A DNA stretch of 64,000 nucleotides from Spirochaetia bacterium (GTDB lineage Bacteria > Spirochaetota > Spirochaetia > SZUA-6 > Bin103). Where the stretch lies: the NCBI GenBank assembly GCA_965203905.1, contig CBDBDQ010000005.1, positions 480,001-544,000 of the forward strand, in the 5' to 3' direction. Below the pieces are notes generated by a model. That model saw only the letters and a program-made list of their open reading frames with translations, made no database searches and was not told where the DNA came from. A program made the position numbers and the translations under genes. Numbering within the stretch: position 1 is the stretch's first letter; every line of letters begins with the position of its first letter. Positions 38,135 to 48,244 of this stretch are shown in pieces.

Positions 38135-39013
38135 CTATCCCTTGATCGATCCCAGGTATACGCCTGAGACGAAGTGTTTTTGCAGGAACGGATACACCAG
38201 CAGAATCGGCACCGTGCCGAGCACCGTAATCGCCATCCGCAGCGACATGAGAGACACCCGGTTCACCATCTCTCCGGTCTGGAAGTTCATGTCCCAACCG
38301 AGGTTGGTATTGAACAGATTGACCATGATGAGCTGCAGCGGCATCAGGTACTCGTTGCGAACGTAGATCAGCGCGTCGAACCAGGCATTCCACTGCGCCA
38401 CGGCGATGAACAGCGACCAGGCCGCGATCACGGCGGTGCTCATCGGGATCATGATATGCACCATGAGCCGCACCTCGCCGACCCCGTCCATGTACGCCGC
38501 CTCCTCGATTTCGCGCGGCGTGTTGCCGAAGAACTGCTTGAACACCATCACCCCCCAACTGTCGATCAGCAGCGGCACGAAGAACACCGGAAACGTGTTC
38601 AGCAAGCCGAGTCCGGCGACCACCAGGTAGGTGGGGATGAGGCCTCCGGGAAACAGGATCGTGATCAGCACCAGCACGATCAGCGTCTGGCGCCCCGGCA
38701 GGCGCTGGCGCGACAGGATGTAGCCCATGGTCATGGTGAACAGCAGGATGCAGGGAGTGCCGATCACGACCCGGGCCACGCTCACCATCAGCGAATTGGT
38801 GAACACCGGCGTGCGCACGATCACGTTGACGTAGGCGCGCAGCGTGGGACTGGTGGGCCACAGCAGGAAGCCGCCGCTCTCCACCCACTCCTTCTCGCTG
38901 GTCAGCGACAGCGCCACCACGTAGGTGAGCGGATATACGCAGGCCACGCACAGCAGCACGATGGCGGTGCCGATCACGTACTGGTAGACGTGCTCCGCGG
39001 TAGCCTGCTGCAT
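38135..39013 (-). CDS. Carbohydrate ABC permease (LplC-like)
   Basis: 'GGLIPTY', 'EEAAYMDG', 'YPFLQKHF..GSIKG'. Confidence 0.92.
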   Translation of the reverse strand: MQQATAEHVYQYVIGTAIVLLCVACVYPLTYVVALSLTSEKEWVESGGFLLWPTSPTLRAYVNVIVRTPVFTNSLMVSVARVVIGTPCILLFTMTMGYILSRQRLPGRQTLIVLVLITILFPGGLIPTYLVVAGLGLLNTFPVFFVPLLIDSWGVMVFKQFFGNTPREIEEAAYMDGVGEVRLMVHIMIPMSTAVIAAWSLFIAVAQWNAWFDALIYVRNEYLMPLQLIMVNLFNTNLGWDMNFQTGEMVNRVSLMSLRMAITVLGTVPILLVYPFLQKHFVSGVYLGSIKG

Positions 39014-39018
39014 CGACC

Positions 39019-39939
39019 CTACCACAGCCCCACGTTGGCGTACCGGGTGGCCAGCTTGTTGCACACCAGCACCAGGATCAGCCCGAACACCGATTGGAAA
39101 AACGACACCGCGCTGCCCAGGCTGTACTGGATCTTGGACAGCCCCTGGCGGTACACCCAGGTGTCCATCACGTCGGCGATGCTGTACACCGGCGGACTGT
39201 AGAACAGCAGGATCTGCTCGGTGAACTCGCCCCGCAGGATGTTCCCCAGGGACAGGATGAGCAGAAAAATGATCACGAAGGAGATGCTCGGCAGGGTGAT
39301 GTAACGGATCCGCTTGAGGGGACCGGCGCCGTCGATCTTGGCAACCTCGAACAGCTCGGTGTTGATCGACATCAGCGCCGCCAGGTAGATGATGGTGCTC
39401 CAGCCAAGTTCTTTCCATAACGCCGACAGCAACAACAACGGCAGGAAGTAGAAGCGGCCCATCAGGAAGTTCTGCGGCTCGATCCCGAAACGGCCGAGCA
39501 GCGCGTTCAACACGCCGGCATTGGAGAACAGCGCATACACAATGGAATACACGATGACCCAGGAAAAAAAGTGCGGTATGTAGACCAGCGTCTGGCAGGT
39601 GCGTTTCAACCTGCGGCCGGCCAGGTCGAACAGCATGATCGACAGGATGATCGGCGGAAAGAACCCGACCAGCAGCCGCAACAGGCTCAGGTTCACCGTG
39701 TTCCTGATCACCTGAAGCATCTGCGGGGAGGTGAAGATGTGCTCGAAATTGGCCAGCCCGATCCACTCGCTGCCCCACACGCCGCCGCGCAGACGGAAGT
39801 CCTTGAAGGCCAGCACGGCCTGCAGCAGGATCGGGTAGTAGCGGAAGATGAGAAGAAACGCCAGGCACGGAATCAGCAGCAGATAGAGCGCGGAATAGCG
39901 CCTGATGAGCCCCCGATTCTGCTGCGACAGCAACCCCAC
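39019..39939 (-). CDS. Carbohydrate ABC permease (LplB-like)
   Basis: 'YIPHFFSW', 'IIYLAAL..EVAKIDGA'. Confidence 0.92.
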   Translation of the reverse strand: MGLLSQQNRGLIRRYSALYLLLIPCLAFLLIFRYYPILLQAVLAFKDFRLRGGVWGSEWIGLANFEHIFTSPQMLQVIRNTVNLSLLRLLVGFFPPIILSIMLFDLAGRRLKRTCQTLVYIPHFFSWVIVYSIVYALFSNAGVLNALLGRFGIEPQNFLMGRFYFLPLLLLSALWKELGWSTIIYLAALMSINTELFEVAKIDGAGPLKRIRYITLPSISFVIIFLLILSLGNILRGEFTEQILLFYSPPVYSIADVMDTWVYRQGLSKIQYSLGSAVSFFQSVFGLILVLVCNKLATRYANVGLW

Positions 39940-40116
39940 GGTCCCCCCTTCCCGGCACCGTACGTGGCGCCCGCCGCTCCCGTCAAGCGCGCGCCTGCCG
40001 CGCGGTGGCCGACGGCCGGCAACGCCGCAGCGGCCACAAGCCGGTAGTCGGCAACGCTCCAGCCGCTCAAGGAACGGTTGGCCTCGCCCGATGTTCCGAG
40101 TGACGGCCACTGCCGT

Positions 40117-41124
40117 ATGACGATCCCGCAGATTCACGACCGACTGTTCCGCAACGTGTTCGGCGACCGCAGCGAGGCCGCCGCCCTGCTGCGGCCGCAC
40201 TTGCCGGCGCCATTGGCCGACGCCTTGAACTGGTCCACCCTCAGCCTGCTGAACCGCAGCTACATCGACGACGATGCGCGCGCCAGCGAGTTGGACCTGC
40301 TGTTCACTATCGAGCGTAACGCGGACGAGGCGCCGCTGGCGCTGTACGTGCTGCTTGAGCACCAATCAGAGCCCAGCCGCTACATGCGGTTGCGGCTGCT
40401 GAAGTACTGCTGCCGGATCTGGGAACAGGCGGAGCAGGAGCCAGGGCGGCTGCGCGCCATCGTGCCGGTGGTGCTCTATCAGGGCCGCCGACGGTGGCCG
40501 TGGCCCACCGAGTTGTCCGAGTTGTACGCGCCGGTAGAACGGGAGTGGCCATGGACGCCGCGCTTCGCCCACCTGCTGATCGATCAGTCGCAGGCCGCAG
40601 GTGAGCGGTTGGGCGGTGGACCCCGTGGGCGAATCGCGCTGCTGGCGCTGATGGCAGCATACCGGCACGGCCACGAGCAGTTGCAGTTGGCGCTGCGCGT
40701 GGTGCGCCTGTTGGCGGCGTTGCCGCCAACAGGACGTTTCGATATCGTCAAGTTGTTCGTAACCTACTTGCTGCAGACTCAGGACGAGGCCCATCTGCCG
40801 CAGCTCAGCGAGGAGTGGCGGCGGCGGGCGCCGGAGGCGGGAGGTGACTTCGTGACCATAGCGGAAATGCTCATCAAGCAGGGCCGTCAGGAGGGCCGTC
40901 AGGAAGGCCGCCAGGAAGGCCGCCAGGAGGGCCGTCAGGAGGGCCGCCAGGAAGGCAGAATCGAGACTCTCGAACAGATGGTCCGCTCCGGGATGGAGTG
41001 GCCGCTGATCGAGTCGGCCGCCGGCAACGATCCCGACACACTGCGGGCGCTCAAGGAACGTTTGGACCCGGAACAGACCAACGGCCGCGCCGACGGTGCC
41101 GATAAGCCGGAGCTGCCTCGCTGA
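40117..41124 (+). CDS. Rpn/YhgA-like PD-(D/E)XK nuclease (transposase_31 family)
   Basis: 'HDRLFR', 'DLLF..YVLLEHQS', 'VPVVLYQG', (QEGR)6 tail. Confidence 0.92.
   Translation: MTIPQIHDRLFRNVFGDRSEAAALLRPHLPAPLADALNWSTLSLLNRSYIDDDARASELDLLFTIERNADEAPLALYVLLEHQSEPSRYMRLRLLKYCCRIWEQAEQEPGRLRAIVPVVLYQGRRRWPWPTELSELYAPVEREWPWTPRFAHLLIDQSQAAGERLGGGPRGRIALLALMAAYRHGHEQLQLALRVVRLLAALPPTGRFDIVKLFVTYLLQTQDEAHLPQLSEEWRRRAPEAGGDFVTIAEMLIKQGRQEGRQEGRQEGRQEGRQEGRQEGRIETLEQMVRSGMEWPLIESAAGNDPDTLRALKERLDPEQTNGRADGADKPELPR
40888..40959 (+). repeat. Six 12-bp coding tandem repeats (QEGR)
   Basis: CAG GAR GGC CGY x5 plus CAG GAA GGC AGA. Confidence 0.95.
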
Positions 41125-41154
41125 CGTCTCCCCTGCCGCCGGCGGTCGCTGCCG

Positions 41155-42135
41155 TCAGTCCGCGGCCGCCGCCTGCATGACGGCTCTCATGTAGCCCAGG
41201 GCGAACGCCTTGGCCGGCCATTGCTCGGGGCCCCCCGCCATCTCCGGCACGTGGTCCTCCACCATGGGGCCGTCGAAGCCGACCTCGCGGAAGGCTCGCA
41301 TCGCCCGCACCATGTCCACGTACCCCTCGTCGATGAACGTCTCCGCGAATGCGGGCACCGTGCCGGTCACGTTCCTGAAGTGCACGTAGTGGAACTTGCC
41401 GCGGGTGCCGAAGTAACGGATCGCCTCGAACACGTCCCCCGGCATCGCCGCGATCGTTCCCACGCAGAAGGTGAGGCCGTTGGCGTCGCTGGGCACGATG
41501 TCGACCACGCGTCTGAGCGCCGCGTGGTTGCGGAACACCCGAGCCACGCCGCCGATCGGAGACACCGGCGGGTCGTCCGGATGCAAGGCCAGCTTTACGC
41601 CGGCATCCTCGGCGACCGGGACCACCCGCTCCAGGAACCAGGAGACGTTGTCCCACACCTGCCGGTCGGTCACCTCCAGCGACCGGTCGACCGGCGGATC
41701 CCAGAAGTCCTGCGTGGCCGCGCGGATCTGGTCGTGGTCGAAGCTGGTCACCCTCGCGCCGCCCCTGCCGGGCGTGCTGCGTGAGGTGCGCAGGCCGTAG
41801 TTGCCCATGGAGCTGCGCAGCGAGAAGAAGTAGCAGATGACCGGCACCCCGGCCGCTCCCAGGTTCTCGATGCTCTTGCACCAGCTCGTGAGCTGTTGGT
41901 CGCGGCCTGGGAGTCCCAGCTTGATTTGATGCGTCCACTGCTCGGGCATGCCGGCCACCGTCCACTTCAGGCCCGCGTCCTCGACCTGGTTGCGGGCGAT
42001 CATCAACTCCTGGAAGCCGTAGTAGCCGCGTTCCCGCGAGATATGGGAGGGGCCGCAAGCGTAGTCGGTCGCACCGACCTGCCGGCCGAAAGCAAGCACC
42101 TCGTCGGTCAACGGTCCCATTATCGCCAGCCTCAT
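41155..42135 (-). CDS. uxuA: Mannonate dehydratase-like, copy A
   Basis: 'LALHPDDPP', 'NGLTFCVG', 'VHFRNV', 'DHVP'. Confidence 0.88.
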   Translation of the reverse strand: MRLAIMGPLTDEVLAFGRQVGATDYACGPSHISRERGYYGFQELMIARNQVEDAGLKWTVAGMPEQWTHQIKLGLPGRDQQLTSWCKSIENLGAAGVPVICYFFSLRSSMGNYGLRTSRSTPGRGGARVTSFDHDQIRAATQDFWDPPVDRSLEVTDRQVWDNVSWFLERVVPVAEDAGVKLALHPDDPPVSPIGGVARVFRNHAALRRVVDIVPSDANGLTFCVGTIAAMPGDVFEAIRYFGTRGKFHYVHFRNVTGTVPAFAETFIDEGYVDMVRAMRAFREVGFDGPMVEDHVPEMAGGPEQWPAKAFALGYMRAVMQAAAAD

Positions 42136-42137
42136 CG

Positions 42138-42608
42138 TCAGCCCGTGTTCGACCAGCCGCCGTAGTCGCCGCCCTCGAAGGGTTGCTCGTATCCGAGCAG
42201 GGTGATCATGCTCAGCAGTTGTCCGCGATGGTGCGTGCCGTGGGTCACGAGGTGGAACACCTGATTCAGCCGGCGCTCCTCCGCGAGGACGCCGTGCTCA
42301 TGAGATTCTCTGGCGGCCGCGAGCCATGCGGCACCGGTAGCGGCCAAGCGGTGCCGGATTTGCTGCAGTGTTTCGGCCTCGTCGTACGGCGGCCAGGTCG
42401 GCGGCTCGATTCTCGGGCCGACGCAGCCGCTCCACGCTCCCATCACGTCGGCGACGTGGGAGAGCGTGCGATGGGGGGTGCGTAGTCCGAATCCGAAGTC
42501 GCGCCGGCACTCTTCCTCGGACAGGCCGGCAAAGAAGTCGAGCATTCGAAGATTGCACCATACCTCGTACTCCACGAGGTTGAAGATCGTATCCGAGTAG
42601 TCCTTCAT
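42138..42608 (-). CDS. DinB-family protein
   Basis: 'TLSHVADV', 'HLVTHGTHHRGQL'. Confidence 0.88.
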   Translation of the reverse strand: MKDYSDTIFNLVEYEVWCNLRMLDFFAGLSEEECRRDFGFGLRTPHRTLSHVADVMGAWSGCVGPRIEPPTWPPYDEAETLQQIRHRLAATGAAWLAAARESHEHGVLAEERRLNQVFHLVTHGTHHRGQLLSMITLLGYEQPFEGGDYGGWSNTG

Positions 42609-43594
42609 CGGGCTCGATCCGCCTCCGCCGCCTGCATGACGGCTCTCATGTAGCCCAGCGCGAACGCCTTGGCCGGCCACTGCTCGGGGCCGCCGGCCAT
42701 CTGCGGCACGTGGTCCTCCACCATGGGGCCGTCGAAGCCGACCTCGCGGAAGGCGCCCATCGCCTGCACCATGTCCACGCACCCCTCGTCGACGAACGTC
42801 TCGGCGAACGTGGGCACCGTACCGGTCACGTTCCTGAAGTGCACGAAGTGGATCTTGTCGCGGGTGCCGAAACAGCGAATCGCATCGAATACGTCACCCG
42901 GCATCTCCGCGATCGTTCCGACGCAGAAAGTGAGGCCGTTGGCGTCGCTGGGCACCATGTCGACCACGCGCTTGAGCGCGGCGTGATCGCGGACCACTCG
43001 TGCTACGCCGCCGATGGGAGACACCGGCGGGTCGTCCGGATGCAGGGCCAGCTTGACGCCGGCATCCTCGGCGACCGGGACCACCCGCTCCAGGAACCAG
43101 GTGACGTTGTCCCACATCTGCTGGTCGGTGACCTCCAGCGAGCGGTCGACCGGCGGGTCCCAGAAGTCCTGCGTGGCCGAGCGGATCTGGTCGTGGTCGA
43201 AGCTGGTCACTCGCGCGCCGCCCCTGCCCGGGGTGGTGCGCGAGGTGCGCAGGCCGTAGTTGCCCATGGCGCTGCGCAGCGCGAAGCAGTAGCTGATGAC
43301 CGGCACGCCGGCCGCTCCCAGGTTCTCGATGCTCTTGCACCAACTCGCAAGCTGTTGGTCACGGCCCGGCAGACCCAGCTTGATCTGGTGCGTCCACTCC
43401 TCCGGCATACCACACACCGACCACTTGAGGCCCGCGTCCTCGACGCGGTTGCGGGCGATCATCAGCTCCTGGAAGCCGTAGTAGCCCCGCTCCCGCGAGA
43501 TGGCGGGTGGGCCGCTCACGTAGTCGGTGGCGCCGACCTGCCTGCCGAAGGCAAGCACCTCGTCACGCAACGGCCCCTGTATCGCCAGCCTCAT
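42605..43594 (-). CDS. uxuA: Mannonate dehydratase-like, copy B
   Basis: Same motifs; collinear and near-identical to 41155-42135. Confidence 0.88.
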   Translation of the reverse strand: MRLAIQGPLRDEVLAFGRQVGATDYVSGPPAISRERGYYGFQELMIARNRVEDAGLKWSVCGMPEEWTHQIKLGLPGRDQQLASWCKSIENLGAAGVPVISYCFALRSAMGNYGLRTSRTTPGRGGARVTSFDHDQIRSATQDFWDPPVDRSLEVTDQQMWDNVTWFLERVVPVAEDAGVKLALHPDDPPVSPIGGVARVVRDHAALKRVVDMVPSDANGLTFCVGTIAEMPGDVFDAIRCFGTRDKIHFVHFRNVTGTVPTFAETFVDEGCVDMVQAMGAFREVGFDGPMVEDHVPQMAGGPEQWPAKAFALGYMRAVMQAAEADRAR

Positions 43595-43675
43595 CGTCAG
43601 CCTCCTGACCGCGTCACCCTACAAGCCCCCAGGGAGCAGGTAAAGGAAGCGTCAGGGCAACGGGCGGCTGGCGCG

Positions 43676-44524
43676 TCAGTAGCTGCCCTTGGGCACGCCG
43701 GCCCAGCGCTGCTCCCACTCGGCACAAGGGACCACCGCCGCCGGATTGCGCGGACTGCGGGCGATGAAGCCCTTGGCCCTGCCCGAATCGGTGGCACGGT
43801 CGGTGGCCTCGTAGCGGACGTCCAGTGACCAGCGCACCGCGTCGGAGCGGTTGGGCAGCGCGCGGTGCGGAGTCTTCTGGGTGAAGCACAGCAGGTCGCC
43901 CGGCTGCATCTCGATGGACACGCCCTGCAAGCCCTGCCGGTCCTGCGGAGAAAGGCCGAGGAAGCCGGTCTCCTGGTCGTGGTGGCCGGCGAACAACGGC
44001 CCGCGGTGCGTGCGCGGCGCCACCTGCAGGCAGCTATTGTGCTCGCTGACCGCCTGCAGCGGGTACCACAGCGAGAGCACGTGGCCGTCCGCGGCGTCGC
44101 GGTAGTACTGGGCGTCCTGGTGCCACGGGGTGCGGGTCCAGACCTGGTCCGGCAGCTTGGGCCGGGCGTTGAAGATGCCGTGCACCGAGACCTCCGACGT
44201 GCCGAGCAGGTCCGCGGCTACATCCAGGAGCGCCGGGTGCACCAGGATCCGGTACATCTCCGGGCTCACCAGGTCGCGGCGCGGGCTGCGGATGTACTTG
44301 GGCCTGCCGGCCTCGTGCCACACCTGCACCAGCCGGTGCCGGAAGTCCAGGTCCCGCCGCGGGTCGGCAATGCGTCCCTCTTCGAGCCACTGGGCGATCG
44401 TCTCGTCGGCCCAGCGGGCCAGCACGTGCTCGGTAAGGCTCAGGAGGTCGCGCGGCACCACCCCGCGCAGGTGCAGGTAGCCTTCGCGGCGGTAGAAATC
44501 TCGTTGCTGCGCGGTAACGGTCAG
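43676..44524 (-). CDS. Phytanoyl-CoA dioxygenase (PhyH) family; start uncertain
   Basis: 'PWHQD', 'HRALPN..RWS'; family-like N-terminus 'QQRDFYRREGYL' lies upstream of the first GTG (44461). Confidence 0.85.
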   Translation of the reverse strand: MTVTAQQRDFYRREGYLHLRGVVPRDLLSLTEHVLARWADETIAQWLEEGRIADPRRDLDFRHRLVQVWHEAGRPKYIRSPRRDLVSPEMYRILVHPALLDVAADLLGTSEVSVHGIFNARPKLPDQVWTRTPWHQDAQYYRDAADGHVLSLWYPLQAVSEHNSCLQVAPRTHRGPLFAGHHDQETGFLGLSPQDRQGLQGVSIEMQPGDLLCFTQKTPHRALPNRSDAVRWSLDVRYEATDRATDSGRAKGFIARSPRNPAAVVPCAEWEQRWAGVPKGSY

Positions 44525-44612
44525 AGGGAATCGCCCCGGATCAGGAAAATGGGGGGCGGCAGGACTGCCACTGCAGCCCTGCCGGTCCCACCTGCGGAGT
44601 CGAGAGAGGGAT

Positions 44613-46202
44613 TTAGCGGTAGTCGCCGACCTCGCTCAGGAAGCGGCTGTGCGCCGCGTGGTGCAACTCGACGTAGCGGTCGATGCCCATGTTCTTCATC
44701 TGCTGCACGTAGCCGTCCCACTCCTTGTCGATATCGCCGGCGCCGGTGATCCAGCGCGCCTGGTTGGTCTTCCACAGCTTCTCGATATCGGTGCGCAGGG
44801 TGTTGACCTCGGTCTGCTCGTCGGAGGCGAACTCGGCGCGCACCCACTGCTCCTTGGCCTTGAACCGCACGTAGTGCTCGTAATACTGGTCGAACAGGAA
44901 CTGGGTGGCCGTATCCATCGCCAGGTTGGGCCCGAAGTCGTCCTCGCGGAAGATGCTCGGGAAGGTACCGGCGGTGGCGATCTGCGCGCGCCGCTCGGGA
45001 TCGATTGGCTGCGGCACCCATACGCCGTTCTCCTGCGCGATGCCCTCGGGCGCGAACCCGAACTGCGCCTGCACGCTGTTCTCCAGCGTGTAGAAGCGGT
45101 CCACGAACGCCATGGTGTGCTGCGGATAGGGGTTGACGTCGGTCATGAACCACACGTTCTTGATCGCCAGCCGGCCCGGATGCACCCACATCTCCGGCTC
45201 GTAGCCGGGCGCGCGCAGCGGCGGGATCGACTCGAACTCGCCGCGGTTGGCGGTCGCATCGTTCACCGGGGTGAACCCGCGCCGCGCAATCACGAAGCCG
45301 TAGATGTTGCCGGAGGGATCGTCCACCTTGGCGTTGAAGTCGTTGGAGTTCATGGTGAAGCTCTCCGGATCGATCAGCCCCTCGCTGTACAGGTCCGCCA
45401 TGTAGGTGATCAGGTCCCGGTAGCCCTGCGTGATCGGCGCGAAGTAGGCCTGGCCGTCGCGGATCGCGATGCCGTTCTTGGTGGGCATGCCCCAGATGCC
45501 GTACATCGAGCGCAGGTGCTGGGCGAAGCCGTCGTTGACCACGAACGCGAACGGAATCTCGTCCGCCTTGCCGTTGCCGTTGGGGTCGCCGTCGCGGAAC
45601 GCGATCAGCACGTCACGCAACTCGCCGGTGGTGGTCGGCGCGTCCAGGCCCAGGGCGTCGAGCCAGCGCCGGTTGATCATGTAGTTCTGCTCCAGGTAGT
45701 TGGACTCCAGGAAGTGGAACCGCGCCAGCGCCTGCATCTGCCCCTGCGGGTTCATCATGTAGGCCAGCGCCTCCGGCTTCTCGGCGAAGATCCGGTCCAG
45801 GTTCGGCGTGTAGCCCTTGCCGAGGTGCTGGCGCAGGTCGGTCACCACGCCCTCCTGCAGCAACTGCGCGATCAGGTTCTTGTGCAGGCCGGTGACGCCG
45901 AACATCATGTCCGGATAGTCGTCCGACGCGAACACGATCGACATCTTCTCGGTGCTGTCCATCAGCACCCACTCCAGGTTCACGCCGGTCGGCTCGCGCC
46001 AGCTCTGCACCCAGGGGTTGTCGTCGGGGTCGTGGGTCCAGGTATGGCCGGCCACCATGGAAATCTCCGGCTGTACCGGGAATATGCCGGGCGCCGTCAG
46101 CTCGTCCGCCGCGGCCCCTGCCTCGTCTTCGCCCGATGCGAACAGTGCCGCCGGCGTCGCCAGCAGCACCGCCGCACAGATCAATGTGAATGCTCTTTGC
46201 AT
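44613..46202 (-). CDS. Carbohydrate ABC solute-binding protein
   Basis: GGAGG RBS; signal peptide; 'GDPNGNGKADEIP'. Confidence 0.9.
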   Translation of the reverse strand: MQRAFTLICAAVLLATPAALFASGEDEAGAAADELTAPGIFPVQPEISMVAGHTWTHDPDDNPWVQSWREPTGVNLEWVLMDSTEKMSIVFASDDYPDMMFGVTGLHKNLIAQLLQEGVVTDLRQHLGKGYTPNLDRIFAEKPEALAYMMNPQGQMQALARFHFLESNYLEQNYMINRRWLDALGLDAPTTTGELRDVLIAFRDGDPNGNGKADEIPFAFVVNDGFAQHLRSMYGIWGMPTKNGIAIRDGQAYFAPITQGYRDLITYMADLYSEGLIDPESFTMNSNDFNAKVDDPSGNIYGFVIARRGFTPVNDATANRGEFESIPPLRAPGYEPEMWVHPGRLAIKNVWFMTDVNPYPQHTMAFVDRFYTLENSVQAQFGFAPEGIAQENGVWVPQPIDPERRAQIATAGTFPSIFREDDFGPNLAMDTATQFLFDQYYEHYVRFKAKEQWVRAEFASDEQTEVNTLRTDIEKLWKTNQARWITGAGDIDKEWDGYVQQMKNMGIDRYVELHHAAHSRFLSEVGDYR

Positions 46203-46262
46203 TGCATCCCTCCTTGGGAAATGTTTGTCCCGCACAGGCGGGACCCGTTCCCTGAGAAAATA

Positions 46263-47165
46263 CTAACCCTTGATGGAACCGACCATGATGCCCTTGACGA
46301 AGTGACGCTGGATGAAGGGGTAGAGGATCATCAGCGGGGCGATGGCTACCACAATGGTACCGTATCGCAGCAGATCGGCAAGGAGCTGCCGGCGCTGGAT
46401 CTCCTCCGGCGACAGCGCCTCCAGGCCCTCGCCGCCGCCGGACAGGAGCTGGTTGAGGATCAGCATGCGCCGCAGCACGAGCTGCAGCGGGTACTTGGCC
46501 TGGTCGTTGATGAACAGCAGGGCGTGGAAGAAGGCGTTCCAGTTCTGCACCACGTTGAACAGCACCACGATGGCGATGATCGCCTGGCCGACCGGCAGCA
46601 CGATGCTGATGAAGAAGCGCGTGTTGGTGCAGCCGTCGAGCTGCGCCGACTCCAGCAGCTCGTCGGGGATGTTGGACTGGAAGAAGGTGCGGGCCACGAT
46701 CAGGTTGAACACGTTGACGGCGTTGGGCAGCATCAGCGACCACACCGAGTCCTTGAGGCCGAGCTTGAGCACCACCACGTAGAACGGAATGATGCCGCCG
46801 GTAAAGTACAGGGTGAACACGAAGTAGAACATGATCAGCCCGCGCCAGCGCATGTCGCGGCGCGACAGGGCGTAGGCGGCGGGAATGGTGAGCACCAGCG
46901 ATACGATGGTCTGGCCGACCGCGTAGATGAGCGAGTTGCGGTAGCCGATCATGATGCGCTTGTCGCGCAGGATGTAGCTGTAGCCCTCGACGTTGAAGCC
47001 CTCCGGCCACAGGTAGACATGGCCGGCGGACACCATGGTCGGGGAGCTGACCGACGCGATCACCACGAAGTAGACCGGATACAGGGTGGCGGCCAGGATC
47101 ACCGTGAGCATGGCAACGTTGACGCGGTCGAACGCCCGGTCGGCGCGGCTGCGAAAATCTACCAC
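46263..47165 (-). CDS. Carbohydrate ABC permease (LplC-like)
   Basis: 'ESAQLDG', 'YPFIQRHFVKGIMVGSIKG'. Confidence 0.93.
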   Translation of the reverse strand: MVDFRSRADRAFDRVNVAMLTVILAATLYPVYFVVIASVSSPTMVSAGHVYLWPEGFNVEGYSYILRDKRIMIGYRNSLIYAVGQTIVSLVLTIPAAYALSRRDMRWRGLIMFYFVFTLYFTGGIIPFYVVVLKLGLKDSVWSLMLPNAVNVFNLIVARTFFQSNIPDELLESAQLDGCTNTRFFISIVLPVGQAIIAIVVLFNVVQNWNAFFHALLFINDQAKYPLQLVLRRMLILNQLLSGGGEGLEALSPEEIQRRQLLADLLRYGTIVVAIAPLMILYPFIQRHFVKGIMVGSIKG

Positions 47166-47172
47166 TGGGCCG

Positions 47173-48150
47173 CTACCACAGGGAGGTCTGGCCGACGCGG
47201 CGCGCGAGCCGGTTGGCCAGCACCAGGATGGCGAAGTTCACCACCGTCTCCAGCAGGCCTACCGCGGTGGCGTAGTCGTACTGCGACTGCAGGATGCCGG
47301 AGCGGTAGGTGTAGGTGGCCACCACCTCCAGGGTGGAGAGGTTGAGGTCGTTCTGCATCAGCAGCACCTTCTCGAAACCGATGGTCAGGAGCTGGCCGAG
47401 GCGCATGATGAACAGGATCACGATGGTGGGCATGATCCAGGGGAGGTCGACGTGCCAGATGATCTGCAGCTTGTTGGCGCCGTCGCAGAATGCGGCTTCG
47501 CGCAGCGACGGATCGACGGCGCTGAGGGCGGCCAGGAAGATGATGGCGTTGAAACCCGCGTTCTGCCACAGCTCCGACAGCACGAACAGTGACGGCCCCC
47601 AGGCCGGGCTGGCCATGAAGAAGATCGCTTCGCCGCCGAGGAGCTGGATGATCGAATTCACCACGCCGATGCGCGGGCTCAGGAAGAAGTACATGATGCT
47701 GACCACCACCACCGTCGAGATGAAGTGCGGGGCGTAGGTCACCATCTGCACCGTCTTCTTGAAGAAGCGGCTGCGCGCCTCGTTGATCATCAGCGCCAGC
47801 GCCAGCGGGATCGGCCAGGTGGCGAGGCTGTACAGCGAGATGACGATGGTGTTGCGGATGACGGGGATGAAGTAGGCGGAGTTGAAGAAGCGGATGAAGT
47901 GGGCGAATTCGTTCCACTCCGGGGCCGAGCGCCCGGTGCGCAGCGAGAAGCCGTCGGTAAAGGCGATGCGCAGCCCGTAGATCGGCAGGTAGCGGAACAG
48001 CAGCACATGGATGATGGCCGGCAGCACGAATGCGTACAGCTCCCAGGAGCGCAGCAGGTAGCGCACCGTTTCCCGTACCTTCTCGCCCGCTGACCGGCGC
48101 TGCAGCTCGGCCACCGCGCCGGTGGTGCTTTCAGTTCTGTCCTTTGCCAT
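47173..48150 (-). CDS. Carbohydrate ABC permease (LplB-like)
   Basis: 'YAPHFIST', 'EAAFCDGA'. Confidence 0.92.
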   Translation of the reverse strand: MAKDRTESTTGAVAELQRRSAGEKVRETVRYLLRSWELYAFVLPAIIHVLLFRYLPIYGLRIAFTDGFSLRTGRSAPEWNEFAHFIRFFNSAYFIPVIRNTIVISLYSLATWPIPLALALMINEARSRFFKKTVQMVTYAPHFISTVVVVSIMYFFLSPRIGVVNSIIQLLGGEAIFFMASPAWGPSLFVLSELWQNAGFNAIIFLAALSAVDPSLREAAFCDGANKLQIIWHVDLPWIMPTIVILFIMRLGQLLTIGFEKVLLMQNDLNLSTLEVVATYTYRSGILQSQYDYATAVGLLETVVNFAILVLANRLARRVGQTSLW

Positions 48151-48244
48151 GGTCGTTTGGGTGCCGCGCCACCTTACCGGCAGCGGACGCAGCCCCGCAA
48201 TACACACCGCTAAACTTGAGAAATAGAAACGCCGGACCGCCGGT

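Noticed and set aside
40888-40959. CRISPR-like repeat
   Set aside because: No spacers; an in-frame QEGR coding repeat typical of Rpn proteins.
44649-47345. Long antisense ORFs (898 aa here; also 22296-24803, 2314-4254, 358-1929 and others)
   Set aside because: High-GC shadow frames opposite clearly recognisable genes; no motifs.
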